A DNA stretch of 61,137 nucleotides, filler included, from Dimargaris cristalligena (lineage: Eukaryota), in assembly GCA_003614675.1 (NCBI GenBank). It is 6 parts of 6 records of this genome, joined end to end, with 100 filler letters (N's around TTAATTAATTAA, not from the genome) between each part and the next. Parts side by side here need not be neighbours in the genome. Positions count along the whole stretch, not along the records: positions 30,748 to 40,821 come from ML003206.1; positions 40,922 to 50,982 come from ML003207.1; 4 more parts are not named here. One strand, 5' to 3'. The position numbers were made by a program, and so were the translations under genes. The notes below the pieces were generated by a model, which had not been told where the DNA came from, did not search any database, and saw only the letters and a list, made by a program, of their open reading frames with translations. Shown piece after piece: positions 39,101 to 51,082 of this stretch (position 1 is its first letter; each line of letters begins with the position of its first letter).

Positions 39101-39562
39101 CTAAGCATATAACTATTAAACCCAGGCTCTGGCCTGGGCATATAATAGCTTACTGTTCCCCCATGTCTATTGAATGGAACACCTTATACTCACTAAATTG
39201 CTAATAAATATGCATCTGGCACTATCCATTATTATCAGCCCATTTATTGTCACCTGCACCAATTGGGCAAAGAATTGGTTGAGAGGACTCCCAATATTAC
39301 ACCTTATATAATCCCACCTGTGTGAACACTTGGTGGATTAAGAGTGGTTAACTACCACAGCACTGGCAAAGAATATTCTCAATATATGATAGCAAGGGGC
39401 ATTTTATAGGCAATAAAAGTGCTTTATAATAATTATAGAACGGCGGGTTCAGTGATAATAGGTATATTTTAGTAAGGCTAATTAACTAAGGAATACTTAT
39501 AGCTATTTCATCGGTTGTATAAATCCAAGCGGACTAATGATATACGTGTTGACCTAGATTGG

Positions 39563-40774
39563 TTAGTACTTAAAGGCGACTAAGGCGGGGTCCGCGCCGT
39601 TCAGGATTTTTGTCCACTGTATGGGGCGCATAATGCCCTTGATTGATTTCAAATAGTAAGTTTTATACACTTTCACGCGTTCATCGCGGTCCTGGAGTAA
39701 TTGGTCGAAGACGTAGTCGTTTTCTGGGGCGGTAGGAAGGGTCACTTTGGTAGGGTCTAATTTCACACTCCGAATCCAGGCCGATGGAATCTGCTGAACC
39801 AGACTACCTGTTGAAGTTACATTTGAACCTCGGAGTAGTAAATGCCGGACATGTTGATAACGATGATGGTAGGGACTTTGATTTAAAACCACGGCAGGTA
39901 ATAGGTTGGAGGGCCAAAACTCCTCAAAAGACGACCGGCGGTCTGGAAACAATTCGTCGCAAATTTCTTGTACCTGATCTCTGTGAATATTGATCGAATA
40001 ACTAATGTATTTGGGGATTTCCGCCGAATTAAATATCTCGTAGATTGGGGCGATTGAAGACGTGTCCATTTGGGTGTAGGCAAACATGAGAACATTAAAA
40101 GCCCGATCGGAGATAAAACGGGCATTGGCTTCAATTTTGAGCTTACTACTCTTCTGATCGTTAGTGATAGAGTCCACCACTTTTCGGAAAAACCCAAATA
40201 CCTCGTTACGGCGCTCTGCTTTGCGATAAAGATTCCATAGCGCAACCATGACCGTCCTAGTAACTGTATTGGAAAGCAGTATGGAAAGGGACAGATATTG
40301 GAACATGGATTTTGGAATGAGCGGGTTGCCTTTAAAGGTCATTTGCAAATCCCGGTTGCGCCGGGCCAACCCATCCAATAGAATGGACTTCCACAACGTA
40401 AAAAGTTGATCTTCGCCGATACTAGAGGCCAAGGGATATGCGTTCTGGAATTCCACTTCGGATAGGTTGGCTAAATCAATCGTGGCCCGGTGGTTGTCAG
40501 TGAGGTATTTGCTGTCGCGATACGCTGTCAAAAATTCATCATAATCTCTGGCATTTTTTACATATCTATAATCCATGTATAAGTTCCCATAAATATAATC
40601 TTCAATACAAAGTTTGTAAATTATCCCCGCAGACTCATCCATATACTCGAACAGCGAATCCCAAGTTTCCAAGGGTACCAACTTATTCCACATTGGAGCA
40701 AAACCGTTCCAGGCGCGCTGACTGACAAATATGCTCTCTTTTTTTTTAAGGTATTCTAACATTTTCGAGATATC
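39563..40774 (-). CDS. Terminal exon of a lineage-specific hypothetical protein (5' exons beyond the contig end)
   Basis: ~400-codon stop-free frame starting right after a CTAG acceptor (40776-40775); more AT-rich codons than the housekeeping genes; no domain recognised. Confidence 0.7.
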   Translation of the reverse strand, partial: DISKMLEYLKKKESIFVSQRAWNGFAPMWNKLVPLETWDSLFEYMDESAGIIYKLCIEDYIYGNLYMDYRYVKNARDYDEFLTAYRDSKYLTDNHRATIDLANLSEVEFQNAYPLASSIGEDQLFTLWKSILLDGLARRNRDLQMTFKGNPLIPKSMFQYLSLSILLSNTVTRTVMVALWNLYRKAERRNEVFGFFRKVVDSITNDQKSSKLKIEANARFISDRAFNVLMFAYTQMDTSSIAPIYEIFNSAEIPKYISYSINIHRDQVQEICDELFPDRRSSFEEFWPSNLLPAVVLNQSPYHHRYQHVRHLLLRGSNVTSTGSLVQQIPSAWIRSVKLDPTKVTLPTAPENDYVFDQLLQDRDERVKVYKTYYLKSIKGIMRPIQWTKILNGADPALVAFKY

Positions 40775-40821
40775 CTAGTAATCGTAAAAATAATAATAGC
40801 ATGTGTGTAGCTGACAGTGAG

Positions 40822-40921
40822 NNNNNNNNNNNNNNNNNNNNNNNNNNNNNNNNNNNNNNNNNNNNTTAATTAATTAANNNNNNNNNNNNNNNNNNNNNNN
40901 NNNNNNNNNNNNNNNNNNNNN
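40822..40921. other. Artificial contig spacer
   Basis: N44-TTAATTAATTAA-N44. Confidence 0.97.
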
Positions 40922-42716
40922 GCGGCATGGTGGGGGGACCTTCGTAACTTTGGGTTTCATGGTACACCGGGTTGGTACTGTCGGGTGAGTATGAAGGGGG
41001 GAAAGACAGCAAGGTGGGTGAAATGTGAGAGATAATTAAGTGCGTTGTACGGGGAAGGGAGAAATATGCAAAACACACCGGGCGGGCGGTGAATATAGAA
41101 GTTCAAAAATATATCAAAAATGACGGCCAAAAATATGGAAATAGTACTGTATTAATGGCGCTCTGAATGGGCGGAATAGCAGTTAGTTAGCGAAGGATAG
41201 TTGGGGTTGGGGAAGGAAGCAAGGGAGGTGATGGAAGGGGGGTGGGCGAGGAGGGGTATGTATTCGAGCCGCCGAAGTTCTGCAGCGGTTCAGCACTACA
41301 CTCTTCTCAGTGCCCAACTATACAGAGAGCATGGAGAGAAGGCCGAGCATTGCTGAAGGAAATCTAACAATCCTTGTATGCTAAACCACTGAGGCCACGG
41401 GATTGACCCTCCTGGCCTTGTCACCTAGCACTAGTAACCGACAAGGTCTAAAAGTCGCCATTCAATGATTCCGAATACCATGCGCTGTATATCTCTTTAG
41501 TTACACCTCATTATGGGCCGTTTCCTGCAGGTTACAGCATCTGGACAATCAGGCGACTTCTACTCCCTTGTTATTATTTTTACTATAATATATATAGATG
41601 TGCAGATATATAGGTATACAACTCGGCTTAATATACGAATGCAAGGATCAACCGCCCCAGACTGCTGAATATTCCCCCAACCCAACAAAATTCGAACTCC
41701 GACTCCCCTTGTCCTTCACTCATTCAATCACATGGGTTTAACGACGACTGCCAAACCGTGACTCACCCCCCAACCCCGTCCAGTCCAGCCTGGTCTAAAC
41801 TCCGACCGCTATTTGGCCCTTCACTCACCACCCCACATCCCATCGAGTAAACTGATGGATGCTGCGTGAGGTTTGATGAAAATGGGCGAATAGGCAGGGG
41901 GGGCAATAAGGGGAAGATGGCGGCGGGGGTACATACGGGTCCTCTGCTCGGCTCGACTGATTAATCCTTTCGAAAAGTCGCCCATTATTAACATTGGGCT
42001 GTGGAAATGGGGGCAAATTGCGGGGTAAATTGATAGGGTTGTGTTGTTGTTTGGATTTAAGGGGGAGCTGCTTGAAGATCCTGCTTTCATCCAAAGCCGG
42101 GGGTATGCGCCTGTTGTTGGCTCAGGGGAACTCTGGGCTGAATGTAAATATATAAAATTTTGTTCGCCATCTAGGAAACCCACCCGGCACCCGTAGTAGT
42201 AAGTAGTTCACGGAACTAGATTTGGTGCTACGGTCTGAATCAGCCGTTTGCCACAACATAATCATAGGGTGCACGAGGAAGACTTGACCCAAGGATATTG
42301 GTAAGTTGGCCAACGACCTAATATTTAGGATATTGGTAAGCTTATCAACGGCTTATTATTTAGGATATCCTAATAATATTGGGGTCATTTGCTTATGTAC
42401 GAAACCACCTCCTCCCCAACAGGGCTGAAATAATAATATTTTGGCGAGGGAGTCGTTTCAGAATGACTGACCAACTGTTTATTCACTGCCCAGTTTATTA
42501 TATTTCTATTAAGTGTACCAATCACCAAAGGGCTCGAAATGAATACGCCAATGTTTTGCATCTACAGTATATTAGCATGTATATAATTACAATGTTCCGC
42601 TAAAATAAGGATAGGGTAGGAGAACCAAGGCGACAGGGAGAGAAGGTGGAAGGACATGCACTCCACAAAATCAAATGGACGTTCCTTCACCCCATTTCCA
42701 CCCCTCGCCCTCATCT

Positions 42717-45590
42717 CTACTGTTGGGCAAAGATGTTGTCCGGACTAGGGATGCTATCGGTATCCACCTGTACCCGATGGCGAGGGCCCAAATAAGCGTG
42801 GTCAGTATTCACAATCACCTTATTTTCGGATTGTTGCTGCACCTCCTGGAATACTGGCGTAAGCAATGCCGTATCATCCCGCGGTACCCACGCGACCGTA
42901 ACCGTGGGTGCTTTTACGGCCGGGTTCATGTACACATTGCGCAGCTGACCATTGGCATCGTCTAGCCGGGCCCGGTGGGCGGAAGCCGACCCCGGAGTGG
43001 CCGTGTAGAGCGCCGCATCGTAGACCCCCATGAAGTCGAGCCGGGAGCGGCGGTTAAGAGCCGCTGCTTGACTACCCCCTCCTTCCAATTCACTCGGTGC
43101 CTTGGAACCATCAACGGTATCGTCGGACGATGAGCTGTCCCGGCGCTCGCGCGTACCCGCCGACGGTCTATTCTTAGGTGCATTGGCGGCCGCCGCTCCC
43201 TGGCCACCCCCTACGGTATAGGGCGGTGGGCCGGGACTGGTGAGGGTGCGGCCCCCCTCGCCTCGGACAGTGTTCAAGTTAGCACTATTAAGACCCACAT
43301 CGGACGCCGATGAGAGCGAGCGCTTGTCGGGGTGCTTGCCTGCGCCCGCTTTAGATAGGAAGTGTGGGTCAGGTTCGGGAAAAGTCATGACCTGACCAAT
43401 ACCGCCCGAATCCAAGGACGAGCTACCTGCAGCCCCACTGTCACGGGGAAGGAGCAAATGACTCGATTCACCCGCCGATTCGGCCAACTGATTTGCGGCG
43501 GCAGCGTTTTCTTGGTACATGTGGATAGGTAGCACCACAAACAGCGGGCTGTAGACCTTATTGATGTAGATGTGGAAGATTACGGTCAAGGCCAACATAA
43601 TGACCATAATGACGATTTTGGCGGCCGATTTGTTGAGCGCCATTAACCCGAGGAAAGTTAGCACGAAAATGTAGACGCCCGTCAACATGTGGTAGATAAT
43701 CCGTGGGAACGACAGACCGCCAGTGTCAAAGGCCGCTTCGTTGTAAACGTATAGCAGCTGGTACCGGTAGACCAAGTAGAACAGGGCATAGTATACTACA
43801 ATAAACACCAGAATCAGGGGCGCGATGGTGGAGTAGCACAATCCCACTACGAAAATCAGCGTGTGTTGGGGAATGGACGTACTCCAATTGAAGGCGCCCA
43901 GCTCGTTGACCCCAACCACATCACGCGGGGTACTGGCCAAAAAGTACAGTTTGAGCCGCCGCATAATCAACGGCGCCGCCTGCATAATTTCCTTACTGGC
44001 GCCCGAGAATCCCTGGAGCATGATGTACGTGATGAAATACACATTGACCTTGGGCAGCGAATTGGCCAAAGTATAAGCAATCTCCGAGGGGTTATCGATG
44101 ATGGGTTGGATGGCCGCCACCGCACCTCCCGCAAACGTGGACACTAAAAAGACGTTCACCACCAAGAAGAAGAAGTACCGGTGGACCAGCGACAGCTCCA
44201 TGTCCGACGACCGCACCGTGCCTTCAAGTCGGGACATGAGTCGCAGAACCATGGGCAGTACCGCCATCAGGATCGCAATACCCGCCGCGGGCAACACCCC
44301 CTGAATAACACCCACTACCACATCGGGGAGATCGTTGATGCCCTCGAAGATCTTGAATTGCTTCAGGGTGGACAGTGACGAAATGGACGATACGAATGCG
44401 ACGGGGATGGCCCAGAAGATGACGAGGGCGATGGTGGCCGCGACGGACACCGCTTGGCGAATCTGACGGGAGTAGGGGTTGATGGAGAGGTTGGACCACA
44501 CAATGTCGTTGGGATCCACCTCCAGATGCCGCGGGTTCATGTACAGGGGCCGCTTGTCCAATAGGGATTGGTAGGCCATGTGGGCGGCCACTTGGGTGTT
44601 GAAGAGAATGAACGCGGAGCCCAGGCGGGGCTGTTGCCGAACGAGGGCCTGACTTTCGGCAATGCGCTGGTTGAGGTCGTGGAGCTGTTCCGTGTAAAAT
44701 TTAAGGCTGTCCACCCGGGGTCCCGTGCAGGGAAGGGTACCCGTGCGGTGGGTCGGGCGCTCCACTTCAGTAGGGGGCTCTTGGTTGCTTTCGATGGCCT
44801 TGGCCTTGAGCTTAGCGGCCTGGACCACCTGTTGGGTTAGAACGGACTCCAATTTCAGGGCGAGATTATCGCGCAGCTCCACCATCTTCTCTAGCTCGGG
44901 CACCTTCCGGGGCTGGTAGACGTGGCGGACTCCGCCGGGAAATGCGCTGAATATCTGGTATAATTTCGACTTGGTATTGAGCGAATTGGGGATATCGGTC
45001 ACCAGGATAGTATTGGCCTGGGCCGACGCCTGGTGGGCCGGGTTCAACAAGTAACGGTGCCGCAATGTGATATAGAGCTGGATATTGCGTAAAATAGAGT
45101 AGAACACCGACAGTACAAATAGCACCGTCAGCACCAGATGCGCCCATAGATAGTCGGACCCACCGCTCACATTGCCAATGGCCAGCGACTGGAGTCCCTT
45201 GTGTCCGCCGCCACCATTGGCGTTCAAGGGCATAAGAATAGCGCAGCCCAACACGGTGAAAATGCCGAACAGTTTGAGCGTGGAGCGGAGAAAGTTGAGG
45301 AACATGAAACTATCCAGGGAGGTGCGTTCGACGATCAGTTCGTCAGGGGTTTTTAAGGTGGGCCATATCCACGCGAATAAACCGCGACCCAGGGGAAGCG
45401 GGCGCCGCTTTTCGTCGGCGAGGTGGGCGCGCGGCTCGTAGGTCTGGCTGTCAAAGGGACGCAGGACGCAAAAAATTAGGAATATGGACACACCAATGAC
45501 CACATTAAACACCAGGGCCGAAACGAAGGTTTCAACGGACGAGTCCGCCTCAGGCCCATTGGTGTCGGTTGGATTATCGGACGAACTCAT
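42717..45590 (-). CDS. CSC1/OSCA/TMEM63 (Rsn1/Phm7-like) calcium-permeable osmosensitive channel, 957 aa, intronless
   Basis: YEPR, LDSFMFLNFL, LWAHL, SAFILFN, DPNDIVWSNL, FWAIPVAFV, YFFFLVVNVFLV, YSTIAPLIL, YLVYRYQLLYVY, DTGGLSFP; multiple TM segments. Confidence 0.95.
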   Translation of the reverse strand: MSSSDNPTDTNGPEADSSVETFVSALVFNVVIGVSIFLIFCVLRPFDSQTYEPRAHLADEKRRPLPLGRGLFAWIWPTLKTPDELIVERTSLDSFMFLNFLRSTLKLFGIFTVLGCAILMPLNANGGGGHKGLQSLAIGNVSGGSDYLWAHLVLTVLFVLSVFYSILRNIQLYITLRHRYLLNPAHQASAQANTILVTDIPNSLNTKSKLYQIFSAFPGGVRHVYQPRKVPELEKMVELRDNLALKLESVLTQQVVQAAKLKAKAIESNQEPPTEVERPTHRTGTLPCTGPRVDSLKFYTEQLHDLNQRIAESQALVRQQPRLGSAFILFNTQVAAHMAYQSLLDKRPLYMNPRHLEVDPNDIVWSNLSINPYSRQIRQAVSVAATIALVIFWAIPVAFVSSISSLSTLKQFKIFEGINDLPDVVVGVIQGVLPAAGIAILMAVLPMVLRLMSRLEGTVRSSDMELSLVHRYFFFLVVNVFLVSTFAGGAVAAIQPIIDNPSEIAYTLANSLPKVNVYFITYIMLQGFSGASKEIMQAAPLIMRRLKLYFLASTPRDVVGVNELGAFNWSTSIPQHTLIFVVGLCYSTIAPLILVFIVVYYALFYLVYRYQLLYVYNEAAFDTGGLSFPRIIYHMLTGVYIFVLTFLGLMALNKSAAKIVIMVIMLALTVIFHIYINKVYSPLFVVLPIHMYQENAAAANQLAESAGESSHLLLPRDSGAAGSSSLDSGGIGQVMTFPEPDPHFLSKAGAGKHPDKRSLSSASDVGLNSANLNTVRGEGGRTLTSPGPPPYTVGGGQGAAAANAPKNRPSAGTRERRDSSSSDDTVDGSKAPSELEGGGSQAAALNRRSRLDFMGVYDAALYTATPGSASAHRARLDDANGQLRNVYMNPAVKAPTVTVAWVPRDDTALLTPVFQEVQQQSENKVIVNTDHAYLGPRHRVQVDTDSIPSPDNIFAQQ

Positions 45591-45614
45591 ATGAACAATA
45601 TAACGAGAGATTTA

Positions 45615-45615
<1 letters not shown>

Positions 45616-45645
<30 letters not shown>
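45616..45645. repeat. (TA)15 microsatellite 26 nt upstream of the CSC1 start codon
   Basis: Read directly. Confidence 0.9.
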
Positions 45646-45649
<4 letters not shown>

Positions 45650-47856
45650 GAATTAACTAACAACCACAAGAATAACAATGGAGGTCGGTTTAAATAGCAC
45701 CAGTGTCAGCCGAAGGTGGGCGAGGTATGTAATAAGTACGAACGGTGATGCGGCAATTAGGTCAACAAGCAGGGGTAAATTAGGAGGGAAAAATACGGCC
45801 ACTGCTACTGCTGCTTTGTTGACGAGTGGAATGAGAGTGAAGCACCAGTGGTAAAGACGAAGAGTGAATGGGGAAGGAGCCTTCAATGGCGAAGGGTTCG
45901 TGCTATATAGCTAGACATACCACCCGGCAGGGGCGAACTAAGTGAGTGGGGAAGGTGTAGAGGTGAATGAGGAGTGGCAAATGAACGAAAAAGGGGAGCC
46001 ATCAACTACCATAAGGAAATGGAGAACGAGTGGCGTAGCAAAAGCAAAGGGGCACTTTTGGGCGGTAAATGGAGGGAATACCCCAGTGGTTTTATACCAT
46101 CGGATATGGGTTCTGTGGTTCAAAGGCGAAACCATTTATTAATGGAGGCTGGATATGGAAAGTATTTTTATGGACACCCCACATCACTATGACATCTCGG
46201 CCCTCCCAGCAAGCAAATTGTCCCGATCATAGTTAATAATAGGGAGAGAGGGCCAGTGTAATTGGTACTGGCAAGGGGGTGAAAATATGAGCGCGTATGA
46301 TGACCACACACACACACACACACCCAAGCTTACCGAATAAAATGGGGGCTAGATTGGTATAGCGACTATGGGGCCGTGGCAATTGGTAGGCATTTAAACG
46401 GCCCACACCAATGACTGGGGAGAAGATAAGGGGCGGTAAAAGCAATCTACCCTCTATTGGCTAATATTGGTGTGAGTGTGTGTGCTCTCGGTGCAACTCC
46501 TTCGCCAAACGAGCGAACGCACGAATAACTCCTAGGCGGGGTAATGAATATATGGAGGAGATCATTTTTATTTTCACGACCCCCCCTCCTTCTTCATACA
46601 AATTGGCGGCATTCGAACTGAGAATAGAAAGCCATTCATAGGAAACTGTAAATTAGAAAAGGTGAACCTACACGAAACACGCATGCTGTCCAACCCATTA
46701 TCGGAAATGGCGTCCTTTTAACCCTCTGTATAATTATTTACCTACCCGGTTGCATATCCGAGTGGCGGACTCTCAACCATTTGCATAGCAAAACCCCCTG
46801 CCATGCCAAGGCGCGGCGTGCGAGGTTGAAGAACGTACAGTCACCCCTCCCCTTGTCAAACATCCGAATGTCCGGTCGAATGCACAAATTGGGTTACACA
46901 TTTTTGGCTAACCTCCTCCCATTTTCCCAATTTCTCTTTCCATTTGCTCCAAAGGGGGTAATCATTGGGAACGGCAAGTCTGGACGATTTTAATCCCTCC
47001 TCCCCCAATCTTCCCAGCTGTTGATGTGAATACCCTATTGGGAGAACAACAAGTCCGTTGCAGTGGTGCGGGGGTGGAATGGACCCAACGCCACGATCAC
47101 AGGGACCATCCCAACAAAAACCCGTTCTTATTAATGACAAGCCAGGTTAAAAATAACCATGGAATAAGGAGAGTGGCAATCAATAATGGGAACTAGGGGG
47201 GGGGGAATTGCCAGCTGATGTGAACTATAAAGCGAGCTATAGGGGTGGCCGAGAGTGATAGGCCTCGCTTGCTCCACAGTCCAGCCTGTTTCTCTTTGGG
47301 ATCAACCGGCATGGGACCAGTTGAAACAAACAAGTTACTCTAAATAGAAGGCACTTTCGAACAAGTATATTGCCACAAACTCTCCAACAATCTGCGTCAG
47401 TATAGTTCACCCTTTCCTCATCCAAGCTTTTTTCCACTGACAATCCGCCAGTGGGGCAATCTTTGGAGCTACAGTATCAACGTTTTATTGCCTAGGTTAA
47501 TGGATTTTTTATATCCCCACCTATTAGCTAAATTTGAGTGTGTGATGAGAAAACTTAAAGGACGTCCACCGACACCTGTAGGTTTCTCATTTTTAGGTCG
47601 CCTACTCAAGCTAAAGGTGGGGAACAGTGAAGGTTTCCTAGGCGAAAAAAAAAAATCGACCAGTTGACTATTCCGACTAATGGTGGCTCCAAGTGGGATA
47701 GAGTACTACGATAGTGGTGGGGGTGGCGACCAAAATAATACGCACCGAGATATAGGTGTGGCGGCAATGGGCTAGCAGCTGTGAATGGGTTAATCTAGCC
47801 GGTAAGTTACCTTAGGATGTAATAGTATTGATGGATAGGAGAGTTTGGCTAAATAC

Positions 47857-47992
47857 GGGAGTAGTTCAACAAGGCTGTATAACGAAAAATCCATTTGATG
47901 AGGCAAGTACTGCTGGTTGAAAATAAACATCCCACCGATTTTCCCATACACATATCGGTTAAACCCCTATACAACCAAGCTGAACTTCACCC
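47857..47992 (-). mobile_element. MITE family copy 4 (136 bp)
   Basis: ATAC|GGGAGTAGTTCAACAAGG...GCTGAACTTCACCC|ATAT. Confidence 0.88.
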
Positions 47993-48400
47993 ATATACCT
48001 TCGAATGGTGCTTAACATTTTTTTCAACTTTATGGTGTACTAAGGGGTCACGTGGTAATTTTGGAGCCTTCGATGGCCGTGTTCATCAAAACGGGGTGGT
48101 CTGGTTCCTATAGGTCCAGTTGACACCAGGCAAGGCACCGGTGATATCGGTTATGCCTAAACGATATGACCGCACAGAGGAACCAGAGGAAATAGGAGCT
48201 GTGCAAGAGACCACAGGGCGGGAGCCTACTAGACTAGGGGTGTCTTTCATATGAGGTTTCTTAGCAGTAGGGGGCGTTATTGAATATATGAATTTTGCAC
48301 CTAGGTATAAGGTCCTGAACGGGCTTAGGTATGCGTCTAATTCAACCGGCCAGTTCCACGAGGAGCTAAAGGTAACTATTGACATCAACCTCGATACCCC

Positions 48401-49616
48401 ATGGATGGATTACTTTCTTTAGTCGGAACCGACTGGGAAGGAGCTGGGCTACCATCAACTGACAATGAGGGCGTAAGAAACTCAGCCCCAGACGGCCCCG
48501 ATACCAATACCGAGGAATACTATGACTCATTTCAAGCATGGTTAAACGAGGCCATCTAGGGAGACCCAAGTGTTGAACCGTCCATATCGGTTGGAATCGA
48601 CTGGGAAGGAACCGAACCTCCGCTGTTTGACCGCGGTTCCGAAAGATGCTCGGCCCATGGTAGTACCAACGATTGAAGTTCGGATACCCCCCAACCAATG
48701 GTTGGTTCCGAAGGTTCAGCAGCCTAGTTGGGCGACGACGAGGTACACGAAAACGACCCCCAACCTCGTTTCATTGCATACCAATACCCTGCACCCAGGC
48801 AAACCACCAGGCGGGACATGAAAACAAAGATTTCGTATTGTTATAGCCCAGGCGGTATCTGTGAGGCATGCACCCGGTGTATCCCCGATGAACGACGCGA
48901 TATACATAGCGAATTTCACGAATCCGGTCGGGGTTTAACCTGCCAAAAATGCAAGGGACTGTTTCATAATGAACGTGCGATAAACCAACATACCCCAAGT
49001 TGTCGCCCAAATATATGCCCCAAATGCGATGTGCCAGTGATACTTAGCGAACTATAGCTATAAGATACATTTATTATACGATTGAAATGCGAAGTGTGTG
49101 TTAAAAGAGGATACTAGCGATTGGATATAATTAATGAGCGAACGGGGCTAATAGTCATCTAAGGAGCTCTGCCTTACCGGGCCACTCCTTCCTTTTTATA
49201 TTGGAGAATTCAGAGGCCCAAGTCAGGATGGTGCAACCACTGTAACGTCAGGTTCTCCCCTATGGGGATTGTATTCAGCTAGAGGTAGTTCCACCCTGGC
49301 TGTATGCTCATCACTGCATATACCTTGGCCGATGCCCAGTGCCATAGTCGGCTCGGCATTAACACCAGTAAATCAACGAAGTCTTTCCCATAATGATCAT
49401 AAATGCCAATCCAATTTAAAGTTTGGTTGCTGCCGCCACTGTCAACGCAGCTTTACAACTCAATCGGGTTTGCAAAGCCACCTTTCTGTAGACTGTCGAA
49501 CCTTTAAGCTACAGTGTCCAGAGTGCCTAGGAAAAGTTTCCTCGAAATATCATTTAATTGCCCATGTTAAGTACTGGAAAACTCAATCGCCTTTGAAATG
49601 TGCCCATAACAAATAA
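48401..49616 (+). pseudogene. Decayed multi-zinc-finger gene
   Basis: One frame from 48401 with stops at 48557, 48674, 48725, 49055 and further on; carries CEAC, CQKC-x12-H-x3-C, CPKC, CEVC, CNHC; after a frameshift, CRHC-x12-H-x4-C and CPEC-x12-H. Confidence 0.6.
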
Positions 49617-50186
49617 TCGTGAGATTCGTTGTCGGGCAATTCAGCTCGGGAACAAAAGGCAGTAAAACCCGAGCCCATCACAAACTAAATCAACTATTTT
49701 CAATAAAAAACTACCCGTACGCTTTATTAGGATGTTTTACCGTCAGAACAGTATCGAGGATTCGGTAATGGGGTCGATAAGTCATAGCGGATATTGGTGG
49801 TGTTGCATCCGGAGCCACGATAGGGCCTGCCCCTGGGTACCAAAATAGCACAACTCTGTTAGAGTCCTCCAGTACAACCGGGATTATGACCCCGGCTAGT
49901 ATGCCTGGTAACCGGTGTGTTTTATAGCCACCTTTAAACCGACCAGGGACTCTCTGTTAAACATTACTCCTTCCCCTTTTTACTATTACGATCTATTAGT
50001 GCGTACACCCTTCCTGGAGGTTCGATGAAATCACTGCCTGCTCTTCCCAATGCTTTGGATGTTAGTTATTGGTTATATAAAGAGTGCACCTTGATTCCAC
50101 AGTTTACTAGTGTTCACAACGCTGCTATTAAGATCCCTGCTATAAGTTCCTTTTGATAAATACGCTCACACAACTCGCTATTATAA

Positions 50187-50320
50187 CCGTGGAATTTAAT
50201 CCTGGTGTAGAAGGTTTTCAATGGTGTGGATGGGAAAATAGGCGGGATATTTATTTTCAACCAGTAATACTAACCTCGTCCAATAGTTTTTTTGCTATGC
50301 AGCTCAGTTGAATCTCCCCC
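50187..50320 (+). mobile_element. MITE family copy 5 (degenerate)
   Basis: Internal GGGAAAAT..GGGATATTTATTTTCAACCAGTAATA and right end GTTGAATCTCCCCC|ATAG align with the other copies. Confidence 0.7.
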
Positions 50321-50982
50321 ATAGTAAAAACTGCCATCTATCTCAATAATAGCTGCCAGCAAAGCGGTACATGTACCTACCATTTTAATACCAAGTGAAA
50401 GTCCCTTTCCATGAGCCTCGGCTCGGAAAACCAACCAGTAGCCCAGTTCCATTTTCTCATGTGGCAACGGCGCGAGTAGCTCAAATAGCATGAACAGGTA
50501 GCTCAACTCATAATGGACGTTTGGACCATAAATATCTTTATATGAATAACTCAGGGCCAGTCTCTATACGTGAAACTCTTGCTAAGAAAATGTATGTGGC
50601 GACCGCGGCATTCAAACAGAGTGAGGGAGAATATGGTGACATGGATAACCACTGCAGGCCAAAGTCCGCCTCGTTTACCTCTGCCAACTCGTCATCTCTC
50701 GAATACCCATACACCCCAGCCCTAGACCAGTCACCAATAAATATCGACGAAGTAACCGTCAAGCATATAGGTCCTGTAGCGGCACCCGGCACTGACCTCG
50801 CCTATTGAATGGGCCCGGTCTTTTCTGTCCCTAGAGAGACGACCGCCAATAAAGCAGGTAATCATGATAGTAACACTAGGTAAATAGGCGACGAGTAGCT
50901 TGGAGCAGCATCTTGTTCAACGTCGGATGCAGCTATTGTCGCGGATATTTTTGGGGGTAGGTGATGCCTCAACCTCTATTGT

Positions 50983-51082
50983 NNNNNNNNNNNNNNNNNN
51001 NNNNNNNNNNNNNNNNNNNNNNNNNNTTAATTAATTAANNNNNNNNNNNNNNNNNNNNNNNNNNNNNNNNNNNNNNNNNNNN
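50983..51082. other. Artificial contig spacer
   Basis: N44-TTAATTAATTAA-N44. Confidence 0.97.

Noticed and set aside
42292-42372. CRISPR-like repeat-spacer array
   Set aside because: Only ~2 units, the 'spacers' resemble each other, eukaryotic context, no cas genes.
21940-49057. Alternative genetic code (TAG/TAA=Gln) to explain in-frame stops
   Set aside because: Conserved genes end normally at TAG (RPT2, CSC1) and TAA (AKR, JMJD4) and have no internal stops.
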